64,000 nt of DNA from Candidatus Multivorans sp. (GTDB lineage Bacteria > Acidobacteriota > Thermoanaerobaculia > Multivoradales > Multivoraceae): positions 1,408,001 through 1,472,000 of the forward strand of contig OZ251997.1 of NCBI GenBank assembly GCA_965247095.1. Direction: 5' to 3'. A program made the translations under genes and the position numbers. The notes beneath the pieces are model-generated. The model had not been told where the DNA came from. It was given only the letters and a program-made list of their open reading frames with translations, and did not search any database. Positions 17,605 to 28,908 of this stretch are shown piece by piece (within the stretch, counting starts at the first letter, position 1; each line of letters begins with the position of its first letter).

Positions 17605-20049
17605 GTGACCGCGAAGAAAGAAGCCAAGGAGGCCCGCCGCGCCCGGCTGGCTACCGCTGGCGCGGCCGCGGCCGACCATCTGGCCACCGACGAGCCCGCG
17701 TCCAAGGGGCCACGCATCAGCAGAATCTCCCGCCGGAAGGCGCTCGCTGCCTTGGCGCTGGTCCTCCTGGTCACGGTCAGTTTCTTTCCCGCCTACCTGG
17801 CCGAGTTCGTCTGGGACGACTTCGTACTCACCGAAGACCCCTTTGTGAAGAGCGTTTCGGGGCTTCCCACGATCTGGAGTTCGCCTCGCGAGATGGAGTA
17901 CGAAGGGCACTACTGGCCGGTCGTCTACACGACCTTCTGGCTGGAGCACAAACTGTGGGGTCTCAACCCCCTCGGCTACCACGTCGTCAACGTGCTCCTG
18001 CACCTGGCCAACGTCCTGCTGCTGTGGCGCCTGCTCGATCGCCTGCCCGTTCCGGGGGCCTGGATCGTGGCCGCCGTATTCGCCGTCCACCCGCTGCATG
18101 TCGAGTCGGTGGCCTGGGTCATCGAACGCAAGGACGTGCTGTCCGGCCTGTTCTACCTGGCGTCGTTCCTGGCCTACGTCCGGTTCGTCGAGAGCCGATC
18201 CCGCGGCCCCTACCTGTTCGCGCTGGTCCTGTTCGTGGCGGGCCTGCTGTCCAAGACGGTCGTGGTCACCCTGCCCGCAGCGCTGGTGATCTGGCACTGG
18301 TGGCAGCGGGGACGGATAGCCGCCAGGGACGTCCTTCGCACGCTGCCGTTCTTCGCGATCGGACTGGCCATCGCCTTCGCGGATACGGCCTTCTACCGAA
18401 CCCGCGAGGCCCTCTCCCTGGACTACTCGCTGGTCGAGCGAATCCTGATCGCGGCCCGGGCGCTCTGGTTCTACGCCGGCAAGTTGCTGTGGCCCACCGA
18501 CCTGGCCGTCATCTACCCGTTGTGGGAGATAGAAGCCCGCGACCCCCTCGCCTGGGCGCTCGTCGCTCTCGCCGTGGCGCTGCCGGCAGCGCTCTGGCTC
18601 GGCCGCGGTCGCTGGGGCCGCGGCCCGCTGGCGTGCGTCGCCTTCTACGCGGCGACCTTGTCGCCCGCACTCGGCCTGATCGACTACGGCTACATGCAGT
18701 TCGCCTTCGTTGCCGACCGCTTCCAGTATCTGGCGGGCATCGGACTGCTGACGCTGATCGTGGCTGCGCTGGTCCGGGGCGCCGATCGGCTACCCGCCGC
18801 GTACACGACTGGTGCGCAGATCGTGCTTGCGGCAGTCCTGGCGCTGCTCGGGACTCTGACCTGGACGCATGCGGCCAACTTCCGGAACGGCGTGACGCTG
18901 TTCAGTCACGTCGTGTCCCTCAATCCCGAGGCTCGTGACGCCCATTCGAACCTCGGAATGGCGTTGCTGAAGCTCGACCGTCTCAAGGAGGCGGACGGCG
19001 CCTTCGGGCGGGCACTGGAGATCAATCCGCGCAACCTCAATGCGAACCAGAACCTGGCCGAGTCGATGAGGAAGCAGGGCCGCTACGACGAGGCGGTTGA
19101 GCAGTTCCGCCGCGTCCTTCAAATCGATGGGAACTACGCCTTGGCTTGGGCCGGCCTGGGCGAGACGCAATACGCCTCCGGGCGCTACGAGCAGGCAATC
19201 GACGCTGTGAACCGGGCTCTCTCGGCCGCCCCCAATTCCCCGAAGATCGCCAAGTTCCATTTGCTGCTGGGCAAGGCGTCGCGCGAGAGGGGCCGGCTCA
19301 GAGCGGCCGAGCAGAACCTCCTGCGGGCGGCAGAGCTGGCGCGGGCGGCAGAACTGGCGCCGGACCAGACGGACGCCTTGCGAGAACTGGCGACTCTGTA
19401 CCTCCGGATGGGCCGTCTTGACGATGCAAACGCCATCGCCGCGCGAGCCCAGCAACTCGAGCCGGGCAGCCCCGCGACTCTCCACACCAGGGCGGAAGCG
19501 CTACGAAGACAGAAGCGCAACGACGAGGCCATCGCGGTCTACCGCGAGGCCCTGGAGATGGACTCCGAGTCCGTGGCGGTACACGCCGGCCTCGGCCTCG
19601 CGCTGTTCGAACTCCAGCGATACGAGGAGGCCATCGGATCGCTGAAGCGCGCCTTCACCATCGACCCCGACCTGCCCGAAGCATCCTCACTGCACCGTGT
19701 AGCGGGGCAGGCCCTGCAGGAACTCGGCCGGCTGGAGGAAGCGGCCCCGCGGTTCGAACGCGCGCGCGAACTCGATCCGCGAGACACCGTAGCGCTCGAC
19801 CATCTCGCGTTCATCCGTTTCAACGAGAGCCGCCTCGAGGAGGCCGTCGACCTTTACCGGGCGCTGCTCGAAGCCGATGACGGCAATGCGGAGGCGCACG
19901 CCAACATGGGGATCACCCTGCTCAATCTGGGACGGTACGCCGAGGCCGTTCAGACTCTGGAGCGGTCGCTCGCGCTCGACCCTAAACAGGCAACGGTTCG
20001 GAGCGCTCTGGATGAGGCCCGCCGCCGGACCCGGGCCGGAGAACCGTAG
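17605..20049 (+). CDS. TMTC-like GT-C glycosyltransferase with C-terminal TPR array (paralogue 1)
   Basis: FVWDD acidic motif, HYWP, FAVHPLHVESVAWVIERKD, LLSK, VADRFQYL, many TM helices, then about 10 TPRs. Confidence 0.82.
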   Translation: MTAKKEAKEARRARLATAGAAAADHLATDEPASKGPRISRISRRKALAALALVLLVTVSFFPAYLAEFVWDDFVLTEDPFVKSVSGLPTIWSSPREMEYEGHYWPVVYTTFWLEHKLWGLNPLGYHVVNVLLHLANVLLLWRLLDRLPVPGAWIVAAVFAVHPLHVESVAWVIERKDVLSGLFYLASFLAYVRFVESRSRGPYLFALVLFVAGLLSKTVVVTLPAALVIWHWWQRGRIAARDVLRTLPFFAIGLAIAFADTAFYRTREALSLDYSLVERILIAARALWFYAGKLLWPTDLAVIYPLWEIEARDPLAWALVALAVALPAALWLGRGRWGRGPLACVAFYAATLSPALGLIDYGYMQFAFVADRFQYLAGIGLLTLIVAALVRGADRLPAAYTTGAQIVLAAVLALLGTLTWTHAANFRNGVTLFSHVVSLNPEARDAHSNLGMALLKLDRLKEADGAFGRALEINPRNLNANQNLAESMRKQGRYDEAVEQFRRVLQIDGNYALAWAGLGETQYASGRYEQAIDAVNRALSAAPNSPKIAKFHLLLGKASRERGRLRAAEQNLLRAAELARAAELAPDQTDALRELATLYLRMGRLDDANAIAARAQQLEPGSPATLHTRAEALRRQKRNDEAIAVYREALEMDSESVAVHAGLGLALFELQRYEEAIGSLKRAFTIDPDLPEASSLHRVAGQALQELGRLEEAAPRFERARELDPRDTVALDHLAFIRFNESRLEEAVDLYRALLEADDGNAEAHANMGITLLNLGRYAEAVQTLERSLALDPKQATVRSALDEARRRTRAGEP

Positions 20050-20061
20050 CGCCGCCGTGGT

Positions 20062-20236
20062 CCCCGTCCCCTCTTTCGAGGACCTGGACAATGCGCGGCC
20101 AAGTCTCGTTCACCCACCCGACAAGAAGCGCAACACATGAACCGATGGGCGGCACGGGGTCGGCGCGTCCCCTCCCCCGCGACTTGTCCATCGCGGCGAA
20201 ACCTCCGTAGGATCGGTTCCCAATGCTGAGGCACCC
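20062..20236 (+). repeat. ~175 bp direct repeat, copy 2
   Basis: Copy of 16291-16463. Confidence 0.9.
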
Positions 20237-20429
20237 GGGCCAGCGCCTGACGACGAACGCCGGCAGCTACGCCGTCCTGACCAACCCGGTCGGTTTCTTC
20301 TCCCGCCAGCGGTTGCCGGCACTATTGGTGGGCGTTGCCAACGGCTGCGCGGCCAACTTCGCCACCGCGAGCCGCTTCGTGTACCCGCACCGGGCCCCGA
20401 TTGGAGACGCGCCGGAAGTCAGAGAGTGA
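20223..20429 (+). pseudogene. Internally deleted remnant of the duplicated GT2-GtrA gene
   Basis: MLRHPG (GT2 N-terminus) joined in frame to TNAGSYAVLT..RQRL.ALLVGV..AANFA.ASRFVY (GtrA C-terminus of 16450..17586). Confidence 0.8.
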
Positions 20430-22954
20430 CGGCGAAGAAGGAACGCCGGGAAGCCCGCCGCGCCCGCCTGACCGCGGCGCGGGAGGCAACCCTACAGAGC
20501 CCGGAACCGGGTGAGCCGGAGGCATCCGGGCCGCGCGACCGGCGACTTTCCGTCCGGCACGCAGTCCCCGCGCTGATCCTTGGACTGCTGGTCGCCGTCA
20601 GCTTCTTTCCCGCCTACCAGGCCGGGTTTGTCTGGGACGATGTCGTCTTCACCGAAGAGCCGGTCATCCGCAGCACGTCCGGTCTCAAGAACATCTGGCT
20701 CTCGCCCGCCGACATCCAGAACGAGGGGCACTACTGGCCGGTCACCTACACGACGTTCTGGCTGGAACACAAACTCTGGGGCCTGGCGCCACTCGGCTAC
20801 CACATCGTCAACGTTCTCCTGCACCTGGCGAACGTGCTGCTGCTGTGGCAGCTGCTCGGGCGGTTGTCCGTGCCGGGCGCATGGATCGCGGCGGCCGTGT
20901 ACGCCGTCCATCCGCTTCACGTCGAGTCCGTGGTCTGGGTCATCGAGCGCAAGGACGTGCTCTCCGGCCTGTTCTACCTGGGTTCCCTCCTGACCTACAT
21001 CCGCTTCGTCGAGACGCGGCGATGGCCCGCCTACGCCCTCGCCCTAGCCCTGTTCGTCGCGGGACTGCTCTCCAAGTCCGTCGTCGTCACCCTGCCCGCG
21101 GCGCTTCTCATCTGGCACTGGTGGAAGCGCGACCGCATCTCCAAGGCCGACGTGCTCACCATGGCGCCGTTCTTCTTCGCCGGCCTGGCGATCACCCTCG
21201 GAGACATGGCGTTCTACCGCTCGCGCGAGGTCCTCTCGCTGGACTATTCGCTGGTCGAACGCGTCCTGATCGCTGCCAGAGCGCTGTGGTTCTACGTCGG
21301 CAAGTTGATCTGGCCGACCGATCTGGCAGTAATCTACCCACTCTGGGAAATCCGGACCGGCGACCTCCTGGCCTGGACCTTCGTGACTGCCTCGGTCGCG
21401 CTGCCGGTAGGGCTCTGGCTCGGCCGTCATCGCATCGGCCGTGGACCGCTCATGGGGCTCGCCTTCTTCGCGGTGACCCTGTCGCCGGCACTGGGATTCG
21501 TGGACTACGGGTACATGCAGTTCTCGTTCGTCGCCGACCGCTACCAGTACCTGGCCGGCGCCGGCGTGATCGCGGTCGTCGTCGCCGCGGCGGTCCGCGG
21601 CGCGGCCGGACTTTCCGCTTCCTACGCGATCGCCGGCAGGGTCCTGCTTGCGGCCGTGCTCGTGATCCTCGGAACGTTGACGTGGCGGCAGGCAAGCATC
21701 TACCGCAACAGCATCGCCTTCTTCAGCCACATCGTCGCCCTCAACCCGGAGGCGCGCGACGCCCACCTGAACCTCGCCCAGGCGCTGAGCGAAGCAGACC
21801 GCTTCGAGGAGAGCCTGGAAGCAAGCCGGATCGCGGTCGCCCAGCGGCCGGACTTCCCCGGTACGCATTCCAACCAGGGCCTCGCGCTCCTGAACCTGAA
21901 CCGCTTCGAGGATGCCGAGGCCAGCTTCGCTCGAGCGCTTGAACTGGATCCTCGTCACCCTAGCGCAAGTCAGAACCGGGCCGAGGCGATGAGAAGGCAA
22001 GGACGGTACGACGAGGCCGTCGAACATTTCCGCACCGTTCTGGAGATCGACCGCGATTTCACACTGGCCTGGGCCGGACTGGGCGAAGCCCTGTTCCGCT
22101 CCAGGCTGTATGAAGAGGCGGCGCAGGCAGTGAGCGAGGCTCTCTCCATGGCCCCCGACTCGCCGAACGCCGCCGGGCTGCATCTCCTTCTCGGTAAGAC
22201 CCGGCGGGAGCTGCGTCAACTGGAGGCCGCCGAGCAGAGCCTCCTGCAAGCCGCGCGGCTCGCACCAAGAGAAGCGCAGCCGCTTCTGGAGCTGTCAAAC
22301 GTGTACGGCCTGCTGCAGCGCCCGGAGGAAGCGAACGAACACCTGGCCCGCGCTCAGGAAATGGACCAGAGGAACCCGGGGATTGTTCACGTCAGGGCGG
22401 AAGCGCTCCGAACGCAAGGCCGACACCAGGCGGCACTCGTGATCTACCGCGAAGCTCTGGAAGTCAATCCGGACTTCGCACCCTCTCTCGCCGGCCTGGG
22501 TATCGCAATGTTCGACCTGGAAAGACACGACGAGGCAATCGAGACGTTGTCGCGCGCGCTGACCCTGCAGCCCGACCTGCCGCAGGCTCCGGCGCTCTAT
22601 CGAATCCTGGGTCAGGCGCAACAGGCACTCGGGCGGACGGAAGAGGCCGCCAAGCAGTTCGAACGCTGCCTGGAACTCGATCCGCGGGACACGGTGGCGC
22701 TCGACCACCTCGCTTTCCTGCGGTTCAACGAGCAGCGCTACGACGAAGCTCTCGATCTCTACCGGGCACTGCTTGAGATCGACTCAACCAACGCCCCAGC
22801 CCACTCCAATGCCGGAATCACGCTGCTCTCCCTGAAACGATACGACGAGGCAGTCCTAAACCTGGAGCGGTCCCTCGCGCTCGACCCTGCCCAAGACACC
22901 GCTCGCCGGGCCCTGGAGGAAGCACGCGACCGGTCCGAGGACCGGCCGCGTTAG
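20426..22954 (+). CDS. TMTC-like GT-C glycosyltransferase with TPR array (paralogue 2)
   Basis: Colinear and highly similar to 17605..20049 (MTAKKE.., FVWDD, HYWP, ERKDVL, TPRs). Confidence 0.82.
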   Translation: MTAKKERREARRARLTAAREATLQSPEPGEPEASGPRDRRLSVRHAVPALILGLLVAVSFFPAYQAGFVWDDVVFTEEPVIRSTSGLKNIWLSPADIQNEGHYWPVTYTTFWLEHKLWGLAPLGYHIVNVLLHLANVLLLWQLLGRLSVPGAWIAAAVYAVHPLHVESVVWVIERKDVLSGLFYLGSLLTYIRFVETRRWPAYALALALFVAGLLSKSVVVTLPAALLIWHWWKRDRISKADVLTMAPFFFAGLAITLGDMAFYRSREVLSLDYSLVERVLIAARALWFYVGKLIWPTDLAVIYPLWEIRTGDLLAWTFVTASVALPVGLWLGRHRIGRGPLMGLAFFAVTLSPALGFVDYGYMQFSFVADRYQYLAGAGVIAVVVAAAVRGAAGLSASYAIAGRVLLAAVLVILGTLTWRQASIYRNSIAFFSHIVALNPEARDAHLNLAQALSEADRFEESLEASRIAVAQRPDFPGTHSNQGLALLNLNRFEDAEASFARALELDPRHPSASQNRAEAMRRQGRYDEAVEHFRTVLEIDRDFTLAWAGLGEALFRSRLYEEAAQAVSEALSMAPDSPNAAGLHLLLGKTRRELRQLEAAEQSLLQAARLAPREAQPLLELSNVYGLLQRPEEANEHLARAQEMDQRNPGIVHVRAEALRTQGRHQAALVIYREALEVNPDFAPSLAGLGIAMFDLERHDEAIETLSRALTLQPDLPQAPALYRILGQAQQALGRTEEAAKQFERCLELDPRDTVALDHLAFLRFNEQRYDEALDLYRALLEIDSTNAPAHSNAGITLLSLKRYDEAVLNLERSLALDPAQDTARRALEEARDRSEDRPR

Positions 22955-22998
22955 CCCTTCGTTCCGCGCACCGAGGATCCAGCCGCGAACTGGCCGTA

Positions 22999-23415
22999 CT
23001 AGTCGGCCCGCTTGTAGATCATCCCAAGCACCATGCCGCCGATTCCGAACGAGATGATCTCGACGCCGAGCCAGATCCAGGCCACGTGGTACGGGAAGTC
23101 ATTGATCACCAGCGTCAGGTAGAACTGCTGGAAGCCGACTACCGCACCCAGCAGTATCCCGAAGTGCAGCCCTCCCTTGGCGCCCGCCTGCCAGGACTGG
23201 CGGCTGGACGCGAAGAGCAGGCCGGCGACGACGCCGATCACCAGGGCCACGACGAGGAACCACAAGATCTGCGTGGTCATGCTGTCGGGTTCCGGCACGA
23301 AGGCCGGCTGATCCACATACGTGCCACCGAGCACCAGGCCGTGCAGCACGAAGTTGACGATGTTCTGGACGAAACCGGCCGCCAGGCCGGCAATCACTGC
23401 CTTACCCCAATTCAT
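22999..23415 (-). CDS. Small 4-TM membrane protein of unknown function
   Basis: 138 aa, four hydrophobic segments, GGAGA RBS. Confidence 0.7.
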   Translation of the reverse strand: MNWGKAVIAGLAAGFVQNIVNFVLHGLVLGGTYVDQPAFVPEPDSMTTQILWFLVVALVIGVVAGLLFASSRQSWQAGAKGGLHFGILLGAVVGFQQFYLTLVINDFPYHVAWIWLGVEIISFGIGGMVLGMIYKRAD

Positions 23416-23482
23416 GAGTTTTCTCCCCTGAAGAATGTGCGCCGCAGGCGCGACGCGCTGTCAGAACTCCACTGAGTCCCTA

Positions 23483-25000
23483 CTACACGAGGATCTCCTC
23501 CACCACCCGGCCGTGAACATCCGTGAGGCGGAAGTCACGACCGCTGTAGCGGTAGGTCAGGCGTTCGTGGTCGATCCCGAGCTGCTGCAGGATCGTTGCG
23601 TTCAGGTCGTGGATGTGCACGCCGCCCGAGACGATGTTGTAGCAATGATCGTCAGTCTCGCCGTACGTCTTCCCGGGCTCGATGCCCGCTCCAGCCATCC
23701 ACACCGTGTAGCAGCGGCCGTGGTGGTCCCGCCCGTAGTTGTCCTCGGAGAGCGCTCCTTGGCAATAGACCGTGCGCCCAAACTCGCCGCCCCAGACGAC
23801 CAGGGTGTCCTCGAGCAGTCCCCGCTGTTCCAGGTCCGTGACCAGAGCGGCCGAAGCCCGGTCCACGTCCGCGCACTGCAATCGGATGTCGCTCGGCAGA
23901 TCGCCGTGCTGGTCCCATCCGCGGTGGTAGAGCTGGATGAAGCGCACGTCCCGCTCGGCGAGCCGCCGCGCCAGCAGGCAGTTGGCGGCGTAGGTGCCCG
24001 GTGTGCGCGCATCCTCTCCGTAGAGGTCGAAGGTGCTTTGCGGCTCCCTCGAGGTATCGACGAGCTCGGGGACCGAGGCCTGCATCCGGTAGGCCATCTC
24101 GTACTGCGTGATGCGCGCCGTGATCTCGGGATCGCCGAACTCCTGGTGGTGCTGCTCGTTCAGCTTCGCCACGACATCCAGCATCCGGCGCCGCACGCCG
24201 CGGTCGATTCCCGGCGGATCGGACAGGTAGAGCACCGGATCCTCCGCCGCCCGGAGATTCACGCCCTGGTGCTCGGAGGGAAGAAAGCCGGAACCCCAGA
24301 GGCGCTGGAACAGGGCCTGCGACTCGCGCTTCGCACTGCCCTGGGAGATCAGCACGATGAAGGCCGGCAGGTCGTGGTTCTCCGAGCCGATGCCGTAGCT
24401 CAACCAGGCGCCGAGACTGGGGCGCCCCGGCTGCTGGTGGCCGGTCTGGAGAAAGGTGATGCCGGGATCGTGGTTGATCGCCTCCGTGTTCACCGCCTTG
24501 AGGAAGCAGAGCTTGTCGACGATCCGCGCCGTGTCGGGCATCAACTCGCTGACCCAGGCGCCGCTCTCGCCGTGCTGTGCAAACTCGAACATCGACGCCG
24601 TGATCGGGAACTCGGCCTGGTTCGCGGTCATGCCGGTGACCCGCTGGTCGCCCCGCACGGAAGCAGGCAACTCCTCGCCATGCCACTCGGCGAGCCGCGG
24701 CTTGTAGTCGAACAGGTCGATCTGCGAGGGCGCTCCCGACTGGAAGAGGTAGATCACGCGCTTCGCCCGGGCCGGGAAGTGGACGCCACCGAGCGCGCCG
24801 AGCGCCTTCGACGCCTCTGTGTGAGCAGCCCACGACGGCGCCGGGCCGAGGAGAGACGAGAGCGCCGCGACCCCGATGCCGGTACTGGCCAGACCGAAGA
24901 ACTGCCGCCGGTTCACCCCCAGCGCGTAGTGGCTCTGGGGATCGACCCCCGGCCCCGGACCGCAGGAAGGACATCCGAAACCGCTCGATCGCCTGCTCAT
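23483..25000 (-). CDS. DUF1501 domain protein (Tat-exported, sulfatase-like)
   Basis: NRRQFF twin-arginine motif; [66 protein letters not shown]. Confidence 0.88.
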   Translation of the reverse strand: MSRRSSGFGCPSCGPGPGVDPQSHYALGVNRRQFFGLASTGIGVAALSSLLGPAPSWAAHTEASKALGALGGVHFPARAKRVIYLFQSGAPSQIDLFDYKPRLAEWHGEELPASVRGDQRVTGMTANQAEFPITASMFEFAQHGESGAWVSELMPDTARIVDKLCFLKAVNTEAINHDPGITFLQTGHQQPGRPSLGAWLSYGIGSENHDLPAFIVLISQGSAKRESQALFQRLWGSGFLPSEHQGVNLRAAEDPVLYLSDPPGIDRGVRRRMLDVVAKLNEQHHQEFGDPEITARITQYEMAYRMQASVPELVDTSREPQSTFDLYGEDARTPGTYAANCLLARRLAERDVRFIQLYHRGWDQHGDLPSDIRLQCADVDRASAALVTDLEQRGLLEDTLVVWGGEFGRTVYCQGALSEDNYGRDHHGRCYTVWMAGAGIEPGKTYGETDDHCYNIVSGGVHIHDLNATILQQLGIDHERLTYRYSGRDFRLTDVHGRVVEEILV

Positions 25001-28000
25001 AGCCTGGTCACCGCCTCGTCCAGGTTCAGTACCGCGCTCGCCGCCACGCTCCAGACCGCGAGTTCCGCGGCCGGAATGCTCTCGTCCACCGGCTGCTCAC
25101 CCACCCGGAGCAGAGCGGCGGCGGCGCGCGGATCCCCTTCGTAACTCCGTCGCAGGTCGGCCAAAAGGTCGCCGATCGCCGACCGCTCCAACTCGTTCGG
25201 CAACCGCGCCAGCACCCGGAGGTAGAGCTCGTTCATCCGCTCGTCGTCGCCTTCGTTGTTCCCATTGCCCGGCCCGGCGAACAGACTCGTCGCCAGCACT
25301 CGCGCCGCCTCCACGAACTGCGGGTCGTTCATCAACACCAGGGCCTGCAGAGGCGTATTCGAGCGCGATCGCTCGACCGTGCACATCTCCCGGTTCGGCG
25401 CGTCGAAGACGAGCATGTTGGGTGGCGGCACCGTCCGCTTCCAAAACGTGTAGAGGCTGCGCCGGTAGAGCGCGTCGCCCTCGTCCTGCTTGAAGATGCC
25501 GGCGGTAAAGCGGCCGCGGCTCTCGTAGCCGATCTCCCGCCACAACCCCGGCGGCTGATACGGCTTGACGCTCGGACCGCCCAGCTTCTCCACCAGCAAA
25601 CCGGCGGCGGCCAGCGCGCCGTCGCGAATCGCCTCGGCGTCCAGCCGGAAGCGGGACGCTCGCGCCAGCAGCCGGTTCTCGGGATCCCGCTCGACCAGTT
25701 CCGGGCTCGCCTTCGAACTCTGGCGATAGGTCGAAGACATCACGATCGTCTTCTGAAGCGCCTTCAGGTCCCACTCCAACCCGACCAGTTCAGTGGCCAG
25801 CCAGTCGAGCAGCCCGGGGTGGGACGGCCACTCGCCCTGGGCGCCGAAGTCACCGGAAGTCCCCACGAGGCCACGGCCGAAGAACCTCTGCCACATCCGG
25901 TTCGCGGTCACCCGAGCCGTCAACGGATGCTCCTCGCTGACCAGCCAGCGCGCCAGACCGAGCCGGTTCTTCGGCAGCTCCTCCGGAATCGGCGGCAGGA
26001 AGGAAGGGACCGCTGGACTGACTTCGTCGGTCTGCTGGTTGTACTCGCCGCGACGCAGGACGAAGGTGGGCCGCGGCGCCTCCATCTCGCGCATGACCAT
26101 CGTGGTGGGTACTTCCGCCTCGATCTTGCGAAGCCGTTCCGCAAGCTCGGCGAAGCGCGCCTCGTTCGGCTGCCAGGGCGGCCAGTGGTTGCGGCGGAAG
26201 CGGCGCCGGATTGTCGTCGCCTGGTCTTCCGTGCGCTGATCTTCGGGCAGCCCGATCAGGTACTCGAACTCCCGGTACGCTGCCGCGAGACCGCCGTAGG
26301 GTGCGCGTAGCGCGCCCGGCCCCAGGCTCTGGAACGCGATCTCCGGGGCATCGGAGACGGTCAGCCGGAACCGGCGCAACGTCTTCTGCTGGTAGCTCGA
26401 CTCCTGGCGCAGGACGATCCGTAGCCTTGCGCCCCCGTCGTGGAGAGGATCGGCTTCCTCGGCGTCGCCGTTCAGAGTCTGACCAACTCGGAACACGGCG
26501 GTCCGGGCCGTGGGCCTCGTGACGTAGCCGGCGCCCCAACCGGTCGACTCGTCGCCGTCGATCGCCAGTTCCACCGGTAGGAACGACGTCGCGTAGTCGG
26601 CGTAGCCGTGAACGAAGTCCAGATCCCTGGACGGCCCGTCACCGGCAAGGGGCGTCGCCCGGACTTCGATCTCGGTCAGCACGAAACTCCCATCCTCGCC
26701 GCGCCCGATCCCGGCGCTCGGGTCGGTCCGATCCCGAAGCGCTTCCAGGCGCACCGCGCCGATCCGTTCGAGGTTCGTGTCGGCCTCGATCACGTACACG
26801 TCCGTGCCCGGGTTGTCGCCCGACACTTCGATCGAGCCGTCCGCCAGCAGGGTCATCTCCGCACCGGCCCGGGACTCGATCCGAACCGGTGCGAGCAGCC
26901 GCCATTTCTCGTTTAGCTTCCTGTCCCACTCGGCCTGCCAGACCGCCTGAGCGGCCACCGCGTCGTCGTTCTCGTCGTCCAGCATGGCGTCGAGCGGCGC
27001 CAGCTCGGCATCGAGTTCCTCCAGCACCGCCCGCTGCCCCGGGTCCGGCGCCGGGATCCGGGGTTCGGCATTCCCCTGGCTGCCGTCGAGACCGACCTCG
27101 GCGACCGTGTTGAAGAACGCTGCGAGCTGGTAGTACTCGCGCTGACTTACGGGATCGAACTTGTGGTCGTGGCACTTGGCGCAGCCCGCCGTCAGCCCCA
27201 TCCACACCGTCGCCGTCGTGTCGGTGCGGTCGAACACGTACTGGACCCGGTACTCCTCGGGCACGGCGCCGCCCTCGAAATTGATCATGTGGTTGCGGTG
27301 GAACCCGGTGGCCAACAGTTGCTCCGGTGTCGGATCGGGCAGCAGGTCGCCGGCCAGTTGCTCGATCGTGAACTCGTCGAACGGCTGGTTGCGGTTGAAC
27401 GCCTCGATCACCCAGTCCCGCCAGCGCCACATATAGCGCTCGTTGTCGATGTGGTAGCCGTTGGTGTCGGCGTAACGGGCGGCATCGAGCCAGGAGCGTG
27501 CCATGTGCTCGCCGTAGCGGTCGGACTCCAGCAGCCGGTCGACCAGGCGCTCGTAGGCATCCGCTCGGTCGTCGGCGAGGAAGGCATCCACCTCGGCCGG
27601 GGTCGGGGGCAACCCGGTCAGATCGAGCGACAGGCGCCGGACGAGGGTGCGCCGATCCGCCTCGGGCGACGGAACGAGGCCCTCGTGCTCCAGGCGCGCC
27701 AGGACGAAGCGGTCGAGATCGCCCCGGGGCCAACCGGCGTCCGCAACCGCAGGCGGATCCGGGCGTTCCGGCGGCCGGTAGGCCCAGTGGTCCTCGAACT
27801 CGGCGCCCTGGAGAATGAAGCGGCCCAGGATCTCGATATCCCGCTCCGACAGTTCCGAGCCGGCGTGAGCGGGCGGCATCCGGTCCAGCGGATCGGACGC
27901 CGCAATGCGCTGGAACAACTGACTCTTGTTCAGGTCCCCCGGCACCAGCGCGCGTCGTCCCGACGGCAGGACGCCGTGCGCCGACTCCCGCCTGTCGAGC

Positions 28001-28557
28001 CGCAGGCCCGCCTGGCGCACCGCCTCGTCAGGACCGTGGCACTCGTAGCAGTGGTCGGCGAGTACGGGCCGCACGTCGCGGTTGAAAGACAGCGGCTCAC
28101 CGGGCCCCGCGCAGCCGTGCTCAACAAGCGGCACCTCCCTCGCCGCAACCTGCACCGGCGCCGTCTCTTCGTCGTGCGCAAACGGCCACTCGGCACCGGC
28201 CTCGATCCAGGCCTCGAGCAGTTCCCGTTCCGCATCGTCGAGCGCCCGCGGAGGCGGCATCTCCAGTTCGTCCTCCCGCCGGATCGCCGACACCAGCAGA
28301 CTGGCCTCGGCATCGCCAGGCACGATCGCGGCGCCCCGTCCGCCGCCGATCAACATCGCCGGCCGCGAGTCGAGCCGCAGGTTCCCCCGCTGCCGCAGCG
28401 GCCCGTGGCAAGCGAAGCACCGGCTCTCCAGAACCGGCAGCACCTCCGACTCGAAGTCGGGCGCCGTTGCGGCGACCGACGGCGCGGCGGTAAGTCCGAG
28501 GCTCAGGAGGAGAATCGGACCCGCGATCCGGTTCGTCGGCAAACTGATCCTCCACAC
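24997..28557 (-). CDS. Planctomycete cytochrome c / DUF1549 / DUF1553 (PSD1) protein
   Basis: Signal peptide, three CxxCH motifs (CFACH, CYECH, CAKCH), [49 protein letters not shown]. Confidence 0.88.
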   Translation of the reverse strand: MWRISLPTNRIAGPILLLSLGLTAAPSVAATAPDFESEVLPVLESRCFACHGPLRQRGNLRLDSRPAMLIGGGRGAAIVPGDAEASLLVSAIRREDELEMPPPRALDDAERELLEAWIEAGAEWPFAHDEETAPVQVAAREVPLVEHGCAGPGEPLSFNRDVRPVLADHCYECHGPDEAVRQAGLRLDRRESAHGVLPSGRRALVPGDLNKSQLFQRIAASDPLDRMPPAHAGSELSERDIEILGRFILQGAEFEDHWAYRPPERPDPPAVADAGWPRGDLDRFVLARLEHEGLVPSPEADRRTLVRRLSLDLTGLPPTPAEVDAFLADDRADAYERLVDRLLESDRYGEHMARSWLDAARYADTNGYHIDNERYMWRWRDWVIEAFNRNQPFDEFTIEQLAGDLLPDPTPEQLLATGFHRNHMINFEGGAVPEEYRVQYVFDRTDTTATVWMGLTAGCAKCHDHKFDPVSQREYYQLAAFFNTVAEVGLDGSQGNAEPRIPAPDPGQRAVLEELDAELAPLDAMLDDENDDAVAAQAVWQAEWDRKLNEKWRLLAPVRIESRAGAEMTLLADGSIEVSGDNPGTDVYVIEADTNLERIGAVRLEALRDRTDPSAGIGRGEDGSFVLTEIEVRATPLAGDGPSRDLDFVHGYADYATSFLPVELAIDGDESTGWGAGYVTRPTARTAVFRVGQTLNGDAEEADPLHDGGARLRIVLRQESSYQQKTLRRFRLTVSDAPEIAFQSLGPGALRAPYGGLAAAYREFEYLIGLPEDQRTEDQATTIRRRFRRNHWPPWQPNEARFAELAERLRKIEAEVPTTMVMREMEAPRPTFVLRRGEYNQQTDEVSPAVPSFLPPIPEELPKNRLGLARWLVSEEHPLTARVTANRMWQRFFGRGLVGTSGDFGAQGEWPSHPGLLDWLATELVGLEWDLKALQKTIVMSSTYRQSSKASPELVERDPENRLLARASRFRLDAEAIRDGALAAAGLLVEKLGGPSVKPYQPPGLWREIGYESRGRFTAGIFKQDEGDALYRRSLYTFWKRTVPPPNMLVFDAPNREMCTVERSRSNTPLQALVLMNDPQFVEAARVLATSLFAGPGNGNNEGDDERMNELYLRVLARLPNELERSAIGDLLADLRRSYEGDPRAAAALLRVGEQPVDESIPAAELAVWSVAASAVLNLDEAVTRL

Positions 28558-28908
28558 TGTCGTTGACCCCTGAATCGGATCGGCCGAGCCTATCCGTTCG
28601 GCGCCGCGCCCCGCGACCGCCGACCACGCAAAGCCGCCATGCTAGGTTCATACCGCGCGCGTCGCTGGGGGTTCGCGTCCGGCGTTCAGTATCGACCTGC
28701 CACGTGAGCCGGCGAGCCCGAGGCGGCAGCAGGCTCCAGCCTCTCCTACCCGCGACGCGCGCCAGTGTCGCCGTCGTGAAGCATGGCCATCTGCGGAGGG
28801 TGGTTTCAAGCACGAGCGCCAGAAGGGCTCAAGGTCGCGGAACCGAGGACGATCGGCAGTCGTGGCCCACACGGACGTGGAGGTAAGCCTCTGCCGCTCC
28901 GAGGCGGT

